The notes beneath the pieces are model-generated. The model was not told the DNA's origin, searched no databases, and worked only from the letters and a program-made list of their open reading frames with translations. Positions 11,498-24,500 of a DNA stretch of 64,000 nt are shown here, in pieces. The stretch lies in assembly GCA_964106915.2 (NCBI GenBank), contig OZ066929.1; one strand, given 5' to 3'. A program made the position numbers and the translations under genes. The stretch's first letter is position 1. The number at the start of each line of letters is the position of its first letter. This DNA is from Podarcis gaigeae (taxonomy: Eukaryota).

Positions 11498-12015
11498 CTG
11501 AGACAGGGAGGAAGGCGGAACAGACTAATGAGGCCAGATAGGGAAGGCTCAGGGCAAACTTGTACACATAAAAAACCTTTGCTGTATATGCACATATATT
11601 TTGTGTGGTGGTGACCCCATTCCTCCCCCCCCTCAAAATGCATCTTTGAACAGAGCATTATTGGGAAAAGAAAATAGTAGCAACTTTCACCCCCTGAACA
11701 CTGTTTTGTGCCTTACACATCTCTGACACCTTTTACCCCAAGGTTTGGGCTGAACCTCCAAAAGTTTTGTGCAGTCCTAGAAGAAACTCTACATGGGAAT
11801 CACTGTAGTAGCCATAGCTTAGGGGCTAAGGTCTTTCAAACTGTTCAGGATAGCATCTTTGAGAGTTCTGGATGCTCTACCAAGAAATTTGTGTGTGGCA
11901 ATAGGAAAACCACTGAGCAAGCTTATAAGGCAGCACGGTTTCATTCAGAAAAAATGGGGGAGAGGAAAGTTTCTAGACCTCATGTGTACCTCTGAGTGGC
12001 ACTTGGATGACTCAC

Positions 12016-12112
12016 CTGCTTGTACAAGGATGAACTCTGAGGACTCCTGACCAATCCGGTTGACTGCTGTGCAGTTGTAGTTTCCAAAATCATTTTCCGA
12101 GTCTGGTGTCAC
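12016..12112 (-). CDS. NCAM1: NCAM1 exon 11 (97 nt), Ig5 C-end: VTPDSENDFGNYNCTAVNRIGQESSEFILVQA
   Basis: Acceptor ttgcag, donor CAG|gtgagt. Retains the NCT sequon. Confidence 0.97.
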
Positions 12113-12179
12113 CTGCAAAGGGGAAATTGATCAAGAGGGTTAGAGCAACTTCCCTACTTGGAAAGAATAAAGAATTTGG

Positions 12180-12990
12180 AGTTTTTTATTTCTAATAAAA
12201 CTAATTACAAATTAATGAGGTGGGATTTGGTATTCAAAATCCAGAGCTATATCATCATGCTTACTTATTGTCCAGCATTAAATACTGGAAGCCAACAATT
12301 GTGTTAATTTTCTGATTTATTTTCTGATAATTTTCTGGTACTAGAACAATTGGTTAAATCTTTTAAAGCAAAAAATAAAATAAATTGTGATGACTTTTTA
12401 TAGATATTTCTCAATAAATCAGTTTGATATGCAGATGTTAAGAAATGAAGAGAATATAGAATTGGAGGATCCTGTATTGCCGAAACAATGGGAGAGTGTT
12501 ATAACCTCTATAACAAAGGTGTCAATGGACCTTACATTATGACATACAATGGAAAATAATATTTAGAATTTATTGGACTCCACTATGTTTTCACAGAAAA
12601 GGACTAAGACAGCATTTTGTTGGAGATGTAATAAGGGTAATACTACTTTAAAGCACATGGTTTTATAATGGCCTAAACTTACTAAGTTTTGGGAGAAAGT
12701 AGTGAATTATATAAATCTATGTGGCAGAAAAGTTATTTTTTCAGAGGATAATAGTATTTTGAACTGCATGCCTACTATATGGAATTTGACAACAGGGCAA
12801 CATAAATCAATTCATTGTGCCCTTACTATGTGTTGCCAAAAGACTGATATTGCTGCATTGGAAAGATAAATGTATGGCTTGAAGACCAGGATTGAAGACC
12901 TGACTACACTTGCCACTTATGAGTGGATTGCTTATAGACGTAGACTTTGCATGGACAAGTATAATGAAATTAGGAAAATATAGTAGATTA
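12180..12990 (+). mobile_element. Degenerate LINE-1 ORF2 3' fragment
   Basis: A-rich. Remnants QWKIIFRIYWTP and CWRCNKGNTTLKHMVL*WPKLTKFWEKVV match the L1 C-terminal Cys-rich motif. Confidence 0.75.
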
Positions 12991-13212
12991 AAAAGTACAT
13001 TAGAAATAACCTGACACTGGCCATGCTGGATGGGATAGGAGCTGCATCCACAGGCCACCACCCACTGGCTGTATACTTAACTCCTTTCACCCTTAAGGAG
13101 AAACAGGTGTGGTCAAACCAAACACCCACCCTCTGTGATGAAGAGGAGATTCTACATCCCCATGAATATGTGTGCCTCAGGTTCCTCCTTAGCAAGGAAC
13201 TATATGTCTCAC

Positions 13213-13397
13213 CTCTAGGTAACTGGCAGTTGGAGTGTTGTAGATCCTAATGTTGCTATAGTTGGAGCTTGGCAGCAGCTGCCCATCTCGGAACCAGGAG
13301 ATGACAGCGCTTGGGTATGCAAACACCTCACAGGTGATGTTCACCTGGTTGCCTTCCCAAGTGTAAACAGCAACAGGGCCCTGTAGCTTCGGGGCAT
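13213..13397 (-). CDS. NCAM1: NCAM1 exon 10 (185 nt), Ig5: YAPKLQGPVAVYTWEGNQVNITCEVFAYPSAVISWFRDGQLLPSSNYSNIRIYNTPTASYLE
   Basis: Acceptor tttcag, donor GAG|gtgaga. Translated by hand. Retains the NIT and NYS sequons. Confidence 0.97.
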
Positions 13398-14206
13398 CTG
13401 AAAAAAGGAGAAAGCAATATTTGGAAAAGTCATTAGCAAGAGAGAGTAAAGAGCCCCTCTCTAGAGGTGTTGCAACATTTCCTTCTCATACCTTCCCAAG
13501 TGCTAATAGCTACCCTTCTGCTCAACACCCTGGAAAGATAACCAGTTTACAATTCTAGCTTCAATAGTCTGCTCCTTGTGATGCCTTGGGACAGATTTGG
13601 TGCAGCCACTTCTCCTTGGAAAGGGGCTGCAGGCATGGCAGATAATATAAACTTTGCAGCCCTGACTATGGGTTGCTGCAGACAAATGAGTCTTTGTCCA
13701 GCAAGTGTTGCTTTCTGAGGCTGGCTGTTGAGGGTGATCATATGGGTTTAGAAATTCTAAAGGGATCTAAGAAGCCAGAAGTCCTTTGCTGCTAAAGACT
13801 GAGAACATAAGAGCAGAGGCCCTTCTGGCTTAGAATTCTGTGTCCAATGGTAGCCAGCTAGAAGCTTCTTAAAGCTCAGAGGGGTTAATGAAGGCAACAG
13901 CTCCCCTTTACTGTTTGTGACTAGTTGTGTTATTCAGAGCTATACTGTATCTGAATGTGACGCTCTCACCCAGCTACGGTAACTTCCCACTCCACCACGG
14001 TGCCCCTCTTCCATCATTATGAAGGGTCATAATGCTTGCTAGACCCAGAAAGCCATGCCCACCACTACCTCCCTAAAATTCTTCCCTCCATCCCTCCACA
14101 CATAAACATTCTGTGGGTTTGGACCCCTGGGGAGAAGAGAGGGCAGTGGAAAAATGCAGAACCTGTACAAAGAGAGTGGGAGTAATGGTGAAATGTGCCC
14201 ACTTAC

Positions 14207-14357
14207 ACTGGACTTCCAGGTGCATGGCTTGGGAATCTTGCCCTATGGTGTTGCTGGCTATGCAGATGTACTCCCCAGCATCCGTGTACTGAATGTCTTT
14301 CAGCGTCAGAGAGGATACCCGCGCATGGCTGCGCACCACAATGCGCCCATCCAGGGT
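14207..14357 (-). CDS. NCAM1: NCAM1 exon 9 (151 nt), Ig4 C-half: TLDGRIVVRSHARVSSLTLKDIQYTDAGEYICIASNTIGQDSQAMHLEVQ
   Basis: Acceptor tgccag, donor AGT|gtaagt. Overlaps ORF 14073..14339. Confidence 0.97.
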
Positions 14358-16289
14358 CTGGCAGGAAAAGGAGAGAAGAGTTCAGAAGATATGGAAGATA
14401 TGAGCAGATGAAGGTGCATTCAGAGAGCAGGGAATGCTTGGAAATCAGGCTGGGCTTTGCTGGGCATCATTTACCCTATGTCCATCATTCAGACATGGAA
14501 TGGGGGAAGCAGTGGCCCTCCAAAAGTTGATGGACTCCAACTCACATTATCATTGACCACTGGTCAGTCTGGCTTGGGCTGATGGGAGATGTAGCCCTCA
14601 AATATCTTGAGGACCACATGCTCCTCACTTCTGGCTGAGACACTAAGAGGCTGCCACCTGCATTCTGCTCTTTGGAGGTCATGATGCTTTCCTTGCTGTC
14701 TGACCTATGAAGTTGAACTGAGCCAACAAAAACCTGCTTAACAACCCTGCTTTGTTTTCAGGGTGCAAAGTTGCACTCCTGCCATGTGAAGGTAGGAGCA
14801 AAATAGACCCACTGTGCTGACATCCTGGTCCAATTTAATTTCTAATTAATTTCTTCAACGGCTGTTCACAGGCAGGATGGAAGAAAGAAAAATAGCTGTA
14901 AACTTGGCTTTCAGACAACCCTACAAATGGCATGATGCTTTAGTTCAGATTTAGCAGTGACAAAAATATTAGCAATGAAGGGGAATGAGGTCATTTCGGA
15001 GAGCAATTGGACTGGACTCTGTGCTATGCAGCCAGCAACATAGTATCTGGCTTCTAGACTTTCACACTGTCCTGGCTGCTGCAGCTGAGCCTGGCTTAAC
15101 TGCAGCTCCAGACAGGTCTTGAAATTCCAGTGGTGACATGTCAGATTCCTCTCCCAATGAGGCTGATGCCATTTTGAAGGAGCTCCTTCCTGGATCCAAT
15201 TCTCTAGGCTAGAATCTTGTTCCTGGTATCAGCCTGCTAGAGGTCCCTGGGGAGGACATAAAAGAAACAGGCGAAGACTGTGGTTTGACCTTGCAATCGG
15301 TTCACAGAGGTAGACCGCCCTGAAAGTGGAGGCTAAATATAAATATCATAGATAATGGCAGTTGATAATATTTGTCCTCAAAACTGTTTTGATGCAGTTG
15401 CTCTTTTCTTTTTCACATTTGGGAAAGGCAGCTATTGCATTGTGGCTGGTGAAGCTTGGATAAAGAGAGGGGTTTTCCCCATCCCTCCCCACCCATTCCC
15501 CTTAATGCACAAAAAGATATAAAACAAGCACACAACCCACACCCCAAAAGCATCCCCACCTAACCAAATACTCCCAAGAGAAAAATTCCTGTAGATTAAC
15601 AAAGGAATAGCAATATGTTTCTACAAAAGGAAAACAAAGGTGGTGTCTACTAGAAAGCTGCCTATCAATGAAAAAGCGATTCTTCCAAATTGGGGCAGTG
15701 AGATTATTAATATACTCCATTCAGGGTGAAAATGCATCAAGAGGCTGTCAGCTGGTCCCTGTTCTTTCATCTGCAGCCGAATCAACATTCCATAATATAC
15801 ACATCAAAAGTGGCACTTGTGGCCTGATTAGGCTCCAGCCAGCTACAAAGGGAACACACACTCAACTGAATGCCCAGTTTTATCATCAGTTGTCATGGCA
15901 ACAGAGGCACAAGGAAGATGATCCAGGAAGTCCTATTTGGATATATGTTCCTATGCCCTTGCAGCAGTGAACAACTCTACATCCCATGAAAATCAGCCAA
16001 CATTGCTAAAGGTGCCACATCAAAGAACCACTTTGGTTAACAAAGCATATTAGTGTCCAGGAGGGGCAGATCTAACAGGATTAATTCACACATGACAATT
16101 TATCACTTATATATAGAAAATCTGCACATTTCTGTCCAATGCACGTGTACTGTACTGGAATTCTTCATTTGACAATAGTTTTCCATATGCATACATGGCG
16201 AAGAAGAAATTATTGCATTTTGCAGACACCTCCTCCCTCACTTCAGTGTTTTACCCACTCCCAATTGCCACCCTCTTTGCTTCTGACAT

Positions 16290-16649
16290 GGGACGCAGGT
16301 GGCGCTGTGGGTTAAAGCCTCAGTGCCTAGGACTTGCCGATCGAAGGTCGGCGGTTCGAATCCCTGTGGCGGGGTGCGCTCCCGCTGCTCGGTCCCAGCG
16401 CCTGCCAACCTAGCAGTTCGAAAGCACGTCAAAGTGCAAGTAGATAAATAGGGACCGTTTACCAGCGGGAAGGTAAACGGCGTTTCCGTGTGCGGCTCTG
16501 GCTCGCCAGAGCAGCGATGTCACGCTGGCCACGTGACCCGGAAGTGTCTCCGGACAGCGCTGGCCCCTGGCCTCTTGAGTGAGATGGGCGCACAACCCCA
16601 GAGTCTGTCAAGACTGGCCCGTACGGGCAGGGGTACCTTTACCTTTACC
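16290..16649 (+). mobile_element. Sauria SINE, full length
   Basis: tRNA-derived head with B box GGTTCGAATCCC and an (ACCTTT)n tail. Perfect 13-bp TSD TTGCTTCTGACAT at 16277-16289 and 16650-16662. Confidence 0.95.
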
Positions 16650-18914
16650 TTGCTTCTGACATACTGCCTCTCTTCCCTTGAAAACAAATTCTGGATTGGA
16701 TCCAAACCCCCCAAAACACAAAACAGGTCTTGGGTTGGGGAAAGGAATGCATTTTCAAGGTATTTCATTTTTCTCCCCAAAAAGTGATTTTTATGTACCT
16801 TCAATTCTTTTGACAAACAAATAAATATTGTATCCTAACACTTAGAATTATGCTGGGAAGTATGGGGCTAAGCAATAGCACCCCCCATACAAATACACGA
16901 TGGCAGTTTTACCAGCTCAATTTCCCCCCACAAAATACTCTGCAGGAAAAACAAGCTGGATTCACCTTGTGGAATAAGCAAATGAATACATTCTTAGAGA
17001 ACTGGAGTTTACGAGCACCACCTCTGAGTAGTAAAACAGCACATGCAGCACGGAGGATATTAAATTATATACAAATGGATGTAGAAAGATGGTGGGCTGA
17101 CTTGAGTTCTTACCATCTTTTTCTGTTTACTAGGAACCCTGCAATCCACCAACATGTTTCACATTTTATAAAAGCAAAACTGTCTAGACTCAGTTTCTCG
17201 TAAGGTTTAAGGATTATGGCCAAACTGGGCATGAATGCATCTTATTTTCCAAAAGGAAGTCACTGCATGGGGCTATGGGGCTTTGCTGTCATGCAAATTT
17301 CTTCTTCCTATGGCTAACCATCAGTATATAGCTAACCATGCACTGTGGAAATGGTTAAAGCTTCTCTGTTCAGCTCAAATTCATATCAGGCTCCCCTAAG
17401 ACTTCTTCTGGCAAAACAGAAAGACATTGAATATGCCCTCATGCATTTCCAGCATCACACCTAGCTCAAGCCCTTGACGATCTGTGATCATCCTAATGCA
17501 TTCTTACTTAAAAGAGGTTCTTATCAGGCTAATTCAGTATTCTTTCCAACAGACCCAGCACCTGGCACGTGAAGGTGGTTCATCTAGAAATTGGTCCAGC
17601 AGCAAAGGAAGATCTATCTTCTGCCTGGGTTCAGAAGCAGATCACAGAAATGACCAAGAAATGACAGAAGCTCATCCTACAGAGTTCCCATCAGAGTAAG
17701 AATAACCCTTCTCATCTCCTGCCATAGATGCATACATAACGAAGAAATGGAAGAGAGGATGATTCAGCTAGGCTCTCCAGCATGTTGTTGTGTTTTGGCT
17801 CTTAAGAGTTTGGAACTCTAAGCAGCAGCTAAAGAAATTATGAGAACCACAGCAGAACCCACAGTTTCTTGCACCAGACTTCTTAGACTGATTTTGCTAT
17901 AAGCCGGGTCATGTTTACTAGTACGCGGTTCTGACGCATTTCAAGAAGTCTACACCATCCAGTTTATGCAACACACATTTCATTTGCTCGGTACACAATC
18001 CCAGTTTAATGGAAGCTGTTGGTCAAAATCATTTTTTTGCTAAAGTAGGGTTACGATTTAAATTATCCCCTTCCCTTCCTGCTCCCAATTTCCCAATCAC
18101 AAAATTGAGCATGAAGTCCAAACTTGATGGATGTGGGATGAATGCACGAGATCAATCCCTCTCTGTTGCACTGTGGCTGAAGTTGGTGATCCATACAATA
18201 CAGATAGGAGCTCCAGTTCGACATCTAGGTCAGCCAATTACCCATCTCTAATTGTAGTCTATAGGATCATCTTCTGGAGAACACATAGACTTTGAGATAG
18301 GTAACTGCACTGCTTCTGAGATGGAATGTGATGCAAACATTTTAAAGTAGAGCAGAACGTGCCTAACTGAAGGAGAATGAGCAAACAAGTGAATTTGAGC
18401 TGGGCTAAGTGGGCTGTGAGCACAAATCCTGAGATGAGGGGAATTACCAACTCACCCTCACCTTACTCCATGAGCCCATGGATGTCATGGATGAACAATG
18501 CTTTTAAGAACTTTGCTTTGGGAATTTGTGCCTAAAAGAGCTTTCAGCCTTCTAGGTCCAAAACGGAGAATATTGTTCATTGTTATTGAACACCACAGGT
18601 CCACTTTAATCCCACCAAAGCCCCATGGTGGAGGTCCTTGGTGATGTTTGTCCCATTCCAAAGACACTGTGCTTGCTCATCCAAAGATGCAGTAGGACAG
18701 AAAGAGGTTTCTAGAGCTACCAGCAGATAGCTTGAACTTATTATAGTAGATATATAGATAATCAACACCAATGCAGTTACATTATTAATACTAGATTTAG
18801 TTGGGTTGCTTACTGCTACAAGAAATTTGTTAATCCACAACATTTAAATACATATTTATACACATATATACACAAAGCTAGAGAAGATTGGCTATTTGTC
18901 TGGTAATCTTATAC

Positions 18915-18944
18915 CTCTTGTTTCTCGGGCCGGGTCCATGAAGC
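18915..18944 (-). CDS. NCAM1: NCAM1 VASE (pi) alternative micro-exon, 30 nt: ASWTRPEKQE
   Basis: ctctccag|GCTTCATGGACCCGGCCCGAGAAACAAGAG|gtataa. Phase 0-0 between the two Ig4 exons. The peptide matches the known VASE peptide. Confidence 0.97.
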
Positions 18945-21299
18945 CTGGAGAGAACAGATAGATAAAACACAACACACACAAAAAAAGAGCAGTAAATGTT
19001 TACAAATGTTGTTGCTTCCCCCGCTTCAGTTAATATGTTGTATGCATCACACTGCATTCCGTGCACATGCGAAACCAAATTTAAGAAGGGAGGTGAGGTG
19101 GGTGGGACAATGAAGGGCGAGGGGGATTACGGTGGGACCTCCATTCCCTGGTATTTGTTCCAAATCAGTAATTAAAGCAACAACAACAATCCCAAGTTTG
19201 ATTGATCAAGGGCTAAATTAGCATTTGCAGACTCTGCTTCTGCTCAGCAGCAAGGCAACTTAATCTGCACATTTGGCTCTGCCACACCATTTTGCCGCAA
19301 GCAGCCCCCAATGGCAGCAATCCCAGCGACACCCCCACCCCTGCCCCACTGCAGCAGCTTTGCAATGCAAAGATATGGACAGAAATGCTTTCCTGGCACG
19401 GCATAAGCATATTACTCTGTGTCCACAAGCAGAGAACAGCTATTAAAGCGACACATTTTAAATGCTTTCTCATGCATGCATACAGGCATATTTTCTTTTT
19501 ATGTTATATCAAATTATTATGATGCATGCTGTTAAAGAGGCAAGAATGCTCATATCAGAAAAAAGAAGCACAATTTGAAATCTATTGAAAACAAGAAAAG
19601 TAGAATCCAATTTAAACCTTGGGGTCAATTTCTCTACTAGCTGAAACCCAAGGACGTTTTCCACCTATGCCCATTTTCCTGGTTTAATCTGCTGCAGTAA
19701 AAGGAGTCCATAATCACCTGGTAATAGAATCACGCGACCAGGAAGATGCAAGACTTTGGGTGCAGTGAACACTGCGGATGTTTGGATGGCAGCAACAGAC
19801 ACAAAGGCCAATGGACACCAAACACAAATAGCATGTTCAGGGAGTGAGGATGAGCAATGAGGCACCTGTTTCCCAAATCATTCCCAACAAGGTCAGCGCC
19901 ACCAGCTCTGACAATGACCACAGTTTCCGACATATTGCGTGTACACAAACCCTGCCTCAACAATTTCTGTCTCTGCTCTGACTCAGGAAGTGCTTAGAGC
20001 CTTCACCAACCTGGTGCCCTCCAGATGTTCTGGACAACAACTCACATCAGCTCCAGCCACCACAATTGTATTGATGTAGGAGAACCCACAACTGCCCCGA
20101 GGATTCTTCCCTCTGTAGAAACGTCCCCATTCAATACAGTGGGGGGGACCCAATCTGCAACTTCAGGTGACAGCTACTCACATAAGAGACTTGCATGCAA
20201 ATACGAGTGCTTGTACATGTGTAAGACTACATTACAAACAAGCCTAGTTACCCATCATATGCAGGAGCAATTCTTTAGCAATATTGCCCTGACTCCTCCT
20301 AAGCAGCAACCTGAAATCATTGACATGGCTGACGTTAATCTAAAGGAACTTTGGCCTTGTGCTGAGCCCCGCTGGATGTTCTTCCCACACACAACTGGGA
20401 GAACCAAAACAGAAGGAGTAAGGACATTTCCTTCTTGCAACAAACATATGCACTACAAATCCATAAGCCCCAAGTTCAATAAACTCCCTATAAGGATTTA
20501 GTTATGTCAACTCTCAGTCTCAGTTTACCCCATCTGCAACATGGGGAGAATAGTACTGACCCCAACTTACAAGGCATTTTAAGGAATACTAAAATAATAG
20601 ATAAGAAGTACTTTTAGTTATTTAAAACACTATATAAATGCTAATTATTATTTGTCATTATCATCATTAAAGCTGCATTGAAGTGGGCAAAACTCCAGGC
20701 ATTTCTAACGAAATCAATCCTTTTGAAGATCATATTCAAAAGTATGTACAAGCCATTTATTTTGGTGAAGGCACTACTAATTGGAGCTAGGGAATTTGGC
20801 ACAAAAGAGACGATTGACTGATTGCCTTGACAATGATTTATATAGTATTACAACTAACCTTGACAAACTTGAATTATAAATCATAAGCTAAGAGGCAGTC
20901 AGGTGGGGGAAACTGACTGGAGGTTTTCTGGAGAAGAAAAAAGATTATACCCTGTACTCCAATTCCCGTCCTGACTTTATGGCATGGATGACCAACCTGA
21001 TTGGACTCTAACCCAATTTCTCTAGCTATTGGCCATGCTAGCTGGGGCTGATGGGTCTTAAGAGTCTAAGAGCAGCCAGAGGCTCACAGGTTAGCCCCTC
21101 CTAAATGTATGGGTTCTCGTTTTACTATGATACCAACTCACAAAGGTAAAATCTATCACAATGATAGGGAGGGGCCAGAGGTATATAATTTAGTTAATTT
21201 AGCTAATTCTCCAATAAGCAGAACCCCTATAAACCCTTTGCCAAGTGTGTTGGGAAGGCAGCTAATATGAAAAATGGGATCAATGTGTCTTTTCCATCT

Positions 21300-21533
21300 A
21301 TTTAGTTTTTATTTTATTTTATTTATTTATTAAATTTGTACACCGCCCTATACTTGTAGATCTCAGGGTGGTTCACAACATATAAAAAACAGAAAATACG
21401 TAATAAAAACAAGAACAAAGACAACCCAATAACCGCCCACCCTTCCACAACGCATTTTAAAAGGGCATTGGATGTCTATCAGTCAAAGGCCTGGTTAAAG
21501 AGGAACATTTTTGCCTGGTGCCTAAAGGTGTAC
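21300..21533 (-). mobile_element. L2-type LINE 3' end
   Basis: (TTTA)n tail followed by 'ccgccc...ctcagggtggttcacaa', typical of squamate L2 3' ends. Confidence 0.55.
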
Positions 21534-24500
21534 CTTATCTTTATTAATCATACATCTATAGTTTGGTCTGACAACTTAGGGCAAGAGGTTGGGGCAACAC
21601 TGCTTAGAGCTGACTGTCACTAACTGGTATACAACTTGTTGAAATACTCATTTTATTTTTATTTTTTAAAGGCTGCTGGGCCAAACCTTCTTGAGGAGTT
21701 CCAGGTCCTTGGCCTAAGTTTCCAAAACAGAGGCAAATAAGTTTATGTGCCTGAGGGGAAGGTAGATGGGAAAGGGTTACTTGGCTACCTCCACTCCCTT
21801 AAACTGTCTACCAGGCGTAACTCTTAACATTACCACTGTGCACCGAGCTGGAGGCTTGGCACAATGCAAACCAAGCTCTATCAGCTTTGGCTGCTGGGGA
21901 CAGTAGGCCTAAGAACGTTGGCAAGCAACCAGCCCTAAGGTTGTGTGTATTTCTTCTGTTTCACCAAGAGAAGCTGTTTCACCAAGAGAAGCTGATAGCA
22001 GACATGGTGTTGCACATGAAGATTCCCACCACCACACAAGGCACCATTCCTGGCAGCACAACTGATCCATAGACAGCACTGTTCCTGTATCTAGATAACG
22101 CCTTGACTTGACTGCAACTAGATTATACTGTTTGCACAGTCAATGGGCACCTCTAAGCTTTTGCACAAATCCCATTCATTCACATAATCGACAGTTTTGA
22201 ATAACAAACACCTGATCATCCGTTCGACAACCTGGTAAACCTCGCAAGGATCTAGTCCAGTTTAATTCTCATGCAAGAGAAACTGGACTAACCCTAGGCT
22301 TCACTGGTTTGGACAACTGGAACTATGTCCGGCCATCTGCTGATTAATACAAATGCATACCATGCACTATTTAGCTGTGACATTTGAGAGTTACTGTGAT
22401 AAGAACTAAGCTGCCATGTGGAATCAGATCAAAAGACCCACTTAACCCAGCTTCCTGTGGTCAACAGGAACCGAGAGATGTTTCATGGAAATTCATGAGC
22501 CAGGAAAGGAAGTGATAATTCATCCTTACTGTTCAGTCCCCATCATCTGTTAGTCAGAAATGAACCACTGCTGGAAGATGGGAATTACAATTTTGGCTGC
22601 TGAACTAAACTAGACTTCCCCAACTGGTGCCCTTCAGTTGTTGTTGGACTCCAACTCTCATCAACTCCAGCCAGAATTATGAAGGCTCAAAAATGAAGAT
22701 AAAATTTGTAATTGCAAGCATCTGGAGGGTACCCAGTTGGGGAAGGATCTGCTAAATCAACTCCACTCCTCCTTTTATTATGATGTGCTAACAATATTGA
22801 GCACTGATGGTTTAGGAGTCCATTTGTTGCCATTTTGCTTCACCCCACACTTGCTTAGTTTGCTCCCATAGCACAGAACTAATAACAAAACCAAAGCATA
22901 AATGCCTGAAAATTAACTGGAATGTAATGGCAATATACAAAGAACAAGGAAACTCATCAGCAAGGCATCCAGCCCACACACCAGACAAAATAGCAGCAGC
23001 AGCAGCAGTAGCAACAATAACAACAGCAGCAGCAGCTCTAAATTCTTCACGTTTCTCCTCCCTCTGCCCATTCCGGTCTCCATTAGAAACTATCCAAAGG
23101 AGGATGAACCTTTATAGTTCCTTAGCATAGAGTGTTCAACGGCAGAAGTGAACGTTTCAAAAATATTTAGCAGTTTTACTCTGAGCTTTTTGAAGGGGAA
23201 ATTCCTCGGGGGAAAATAACTCAGCCACCTCTTCCAGCTTTGTGCATTGTTTGGCTGATTTACAATGAATTCTCATGCTATATTTGAACACAGAAAATGC
23301 TGCCATTAGTAGCTGAACATAGGGAACTATAGATAGTGGATCAGTCTATTTCTGGTTTGCGTCTGTTTTCCATGTGTTCATTCATAAGTTTATTCTGTCT
23401 CATTTCCACATTAATCTACTTTCCCATTTTTTAAAACTAATCCAGATGATAATTCACATTTAAGGATGTATTCGTATTTTAATATGTATTTTTACCATAA
23501 AACATATATTTAGATCAGCATTTTAGCTCAATATGAACACTTCTGAACATATTTAATCCTAAAATATGCTTTAAAAATATACTGTTGTACTTGATTTGGA
23601 TTTGGTCTATCCATTTTTCTAAATAAACATGCCTTCCCACGTGGCTCAAACAATCTATAGTATGGCTTCTTACATCATTTGAACATGGACTGTGATTTGT
23701 TTGCCTTAACCAAACCTTAAACAGCAAGCAAAAAATAAACCGAGAAGTCAGATAGGAACTTGTGTGGCAGGAGAGAAGCCTGTTCACAATGAAAACATGG
23801 CTCAAGACAAACTGTAGCTTATCATGACATACAAAGCAGTCCAATGCCTCCAAGCCATTCTGCTCTCTATGTACAGTATGTGTTTGGATCTGAATTCCCT
23901 ACTTTTCTACACTGTCATAACTAATGAAAAAGGTTCAACACTTTTCTTTGACCTTAAATGCAATTAACTAATAAGAACTGCTTGAATTTGTAGCTGCATA
24001 AGAACTGAGCAATGCTCTCCCTTTCTTTATTCACTTGCTGTTCACATGGGACTATTATGACGAGCGGCCAGCCCTGCGCAGCTTCTGGCCACATCCAATC
24101 CGAAGACATCATCTTTATTTCAAAACTGCTAATTATTTTTGCCATCAAGAACAAAAAAATGGTTTTGATATGTGGTCGACGACAGTTAACAAGCGAGCAC
24201 AAAGGCAGCCAGGGCTTTTGTGCCTGGAGTTACGTGCAGCGTGAAAGAGTAAAAGTGCAGGATATCAAGAGAAAAAAGAATGAACAGGTTCATTTGGGTC
24301 CACAGAATGTTTTTAGGCTACATATGCATCTCTCCCTTCCCTCACCCCCCAATTTCTCCCAAGCAACTTCTGCTTTTGGTAGTTGCTGTAATGGCTGTTG
24401 CACACTGGAATCGCAGCACCAATACCCGGCCCATCATCTAAGAGCAAAAGGATGGGTAGAACTTTCCTTGCATGTTTGGCGGTCAGAAAAGAACAAAAAC

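Noticed and set aside
14640-14850. Possible orthologue of the extra human exon between VASE and exon 9
   Set aside because: No frame-preserving exon with convincing similarity or splice sites.
15180-15290. Strong minus-strand acceptor (ttttatgtcctccccag) followed by an early stop
   Set aside because: No matching donor was found, so it cannot be supported as a poison exon.
16290-16400. tRNA genes (also near 28820, 35120 and 60670)
   Set aside because: The A/B boxes belong to tRNA-derived SINE heads. Each is followed by a SINE body and tail, and the two Sauria copies have clear TSDs.
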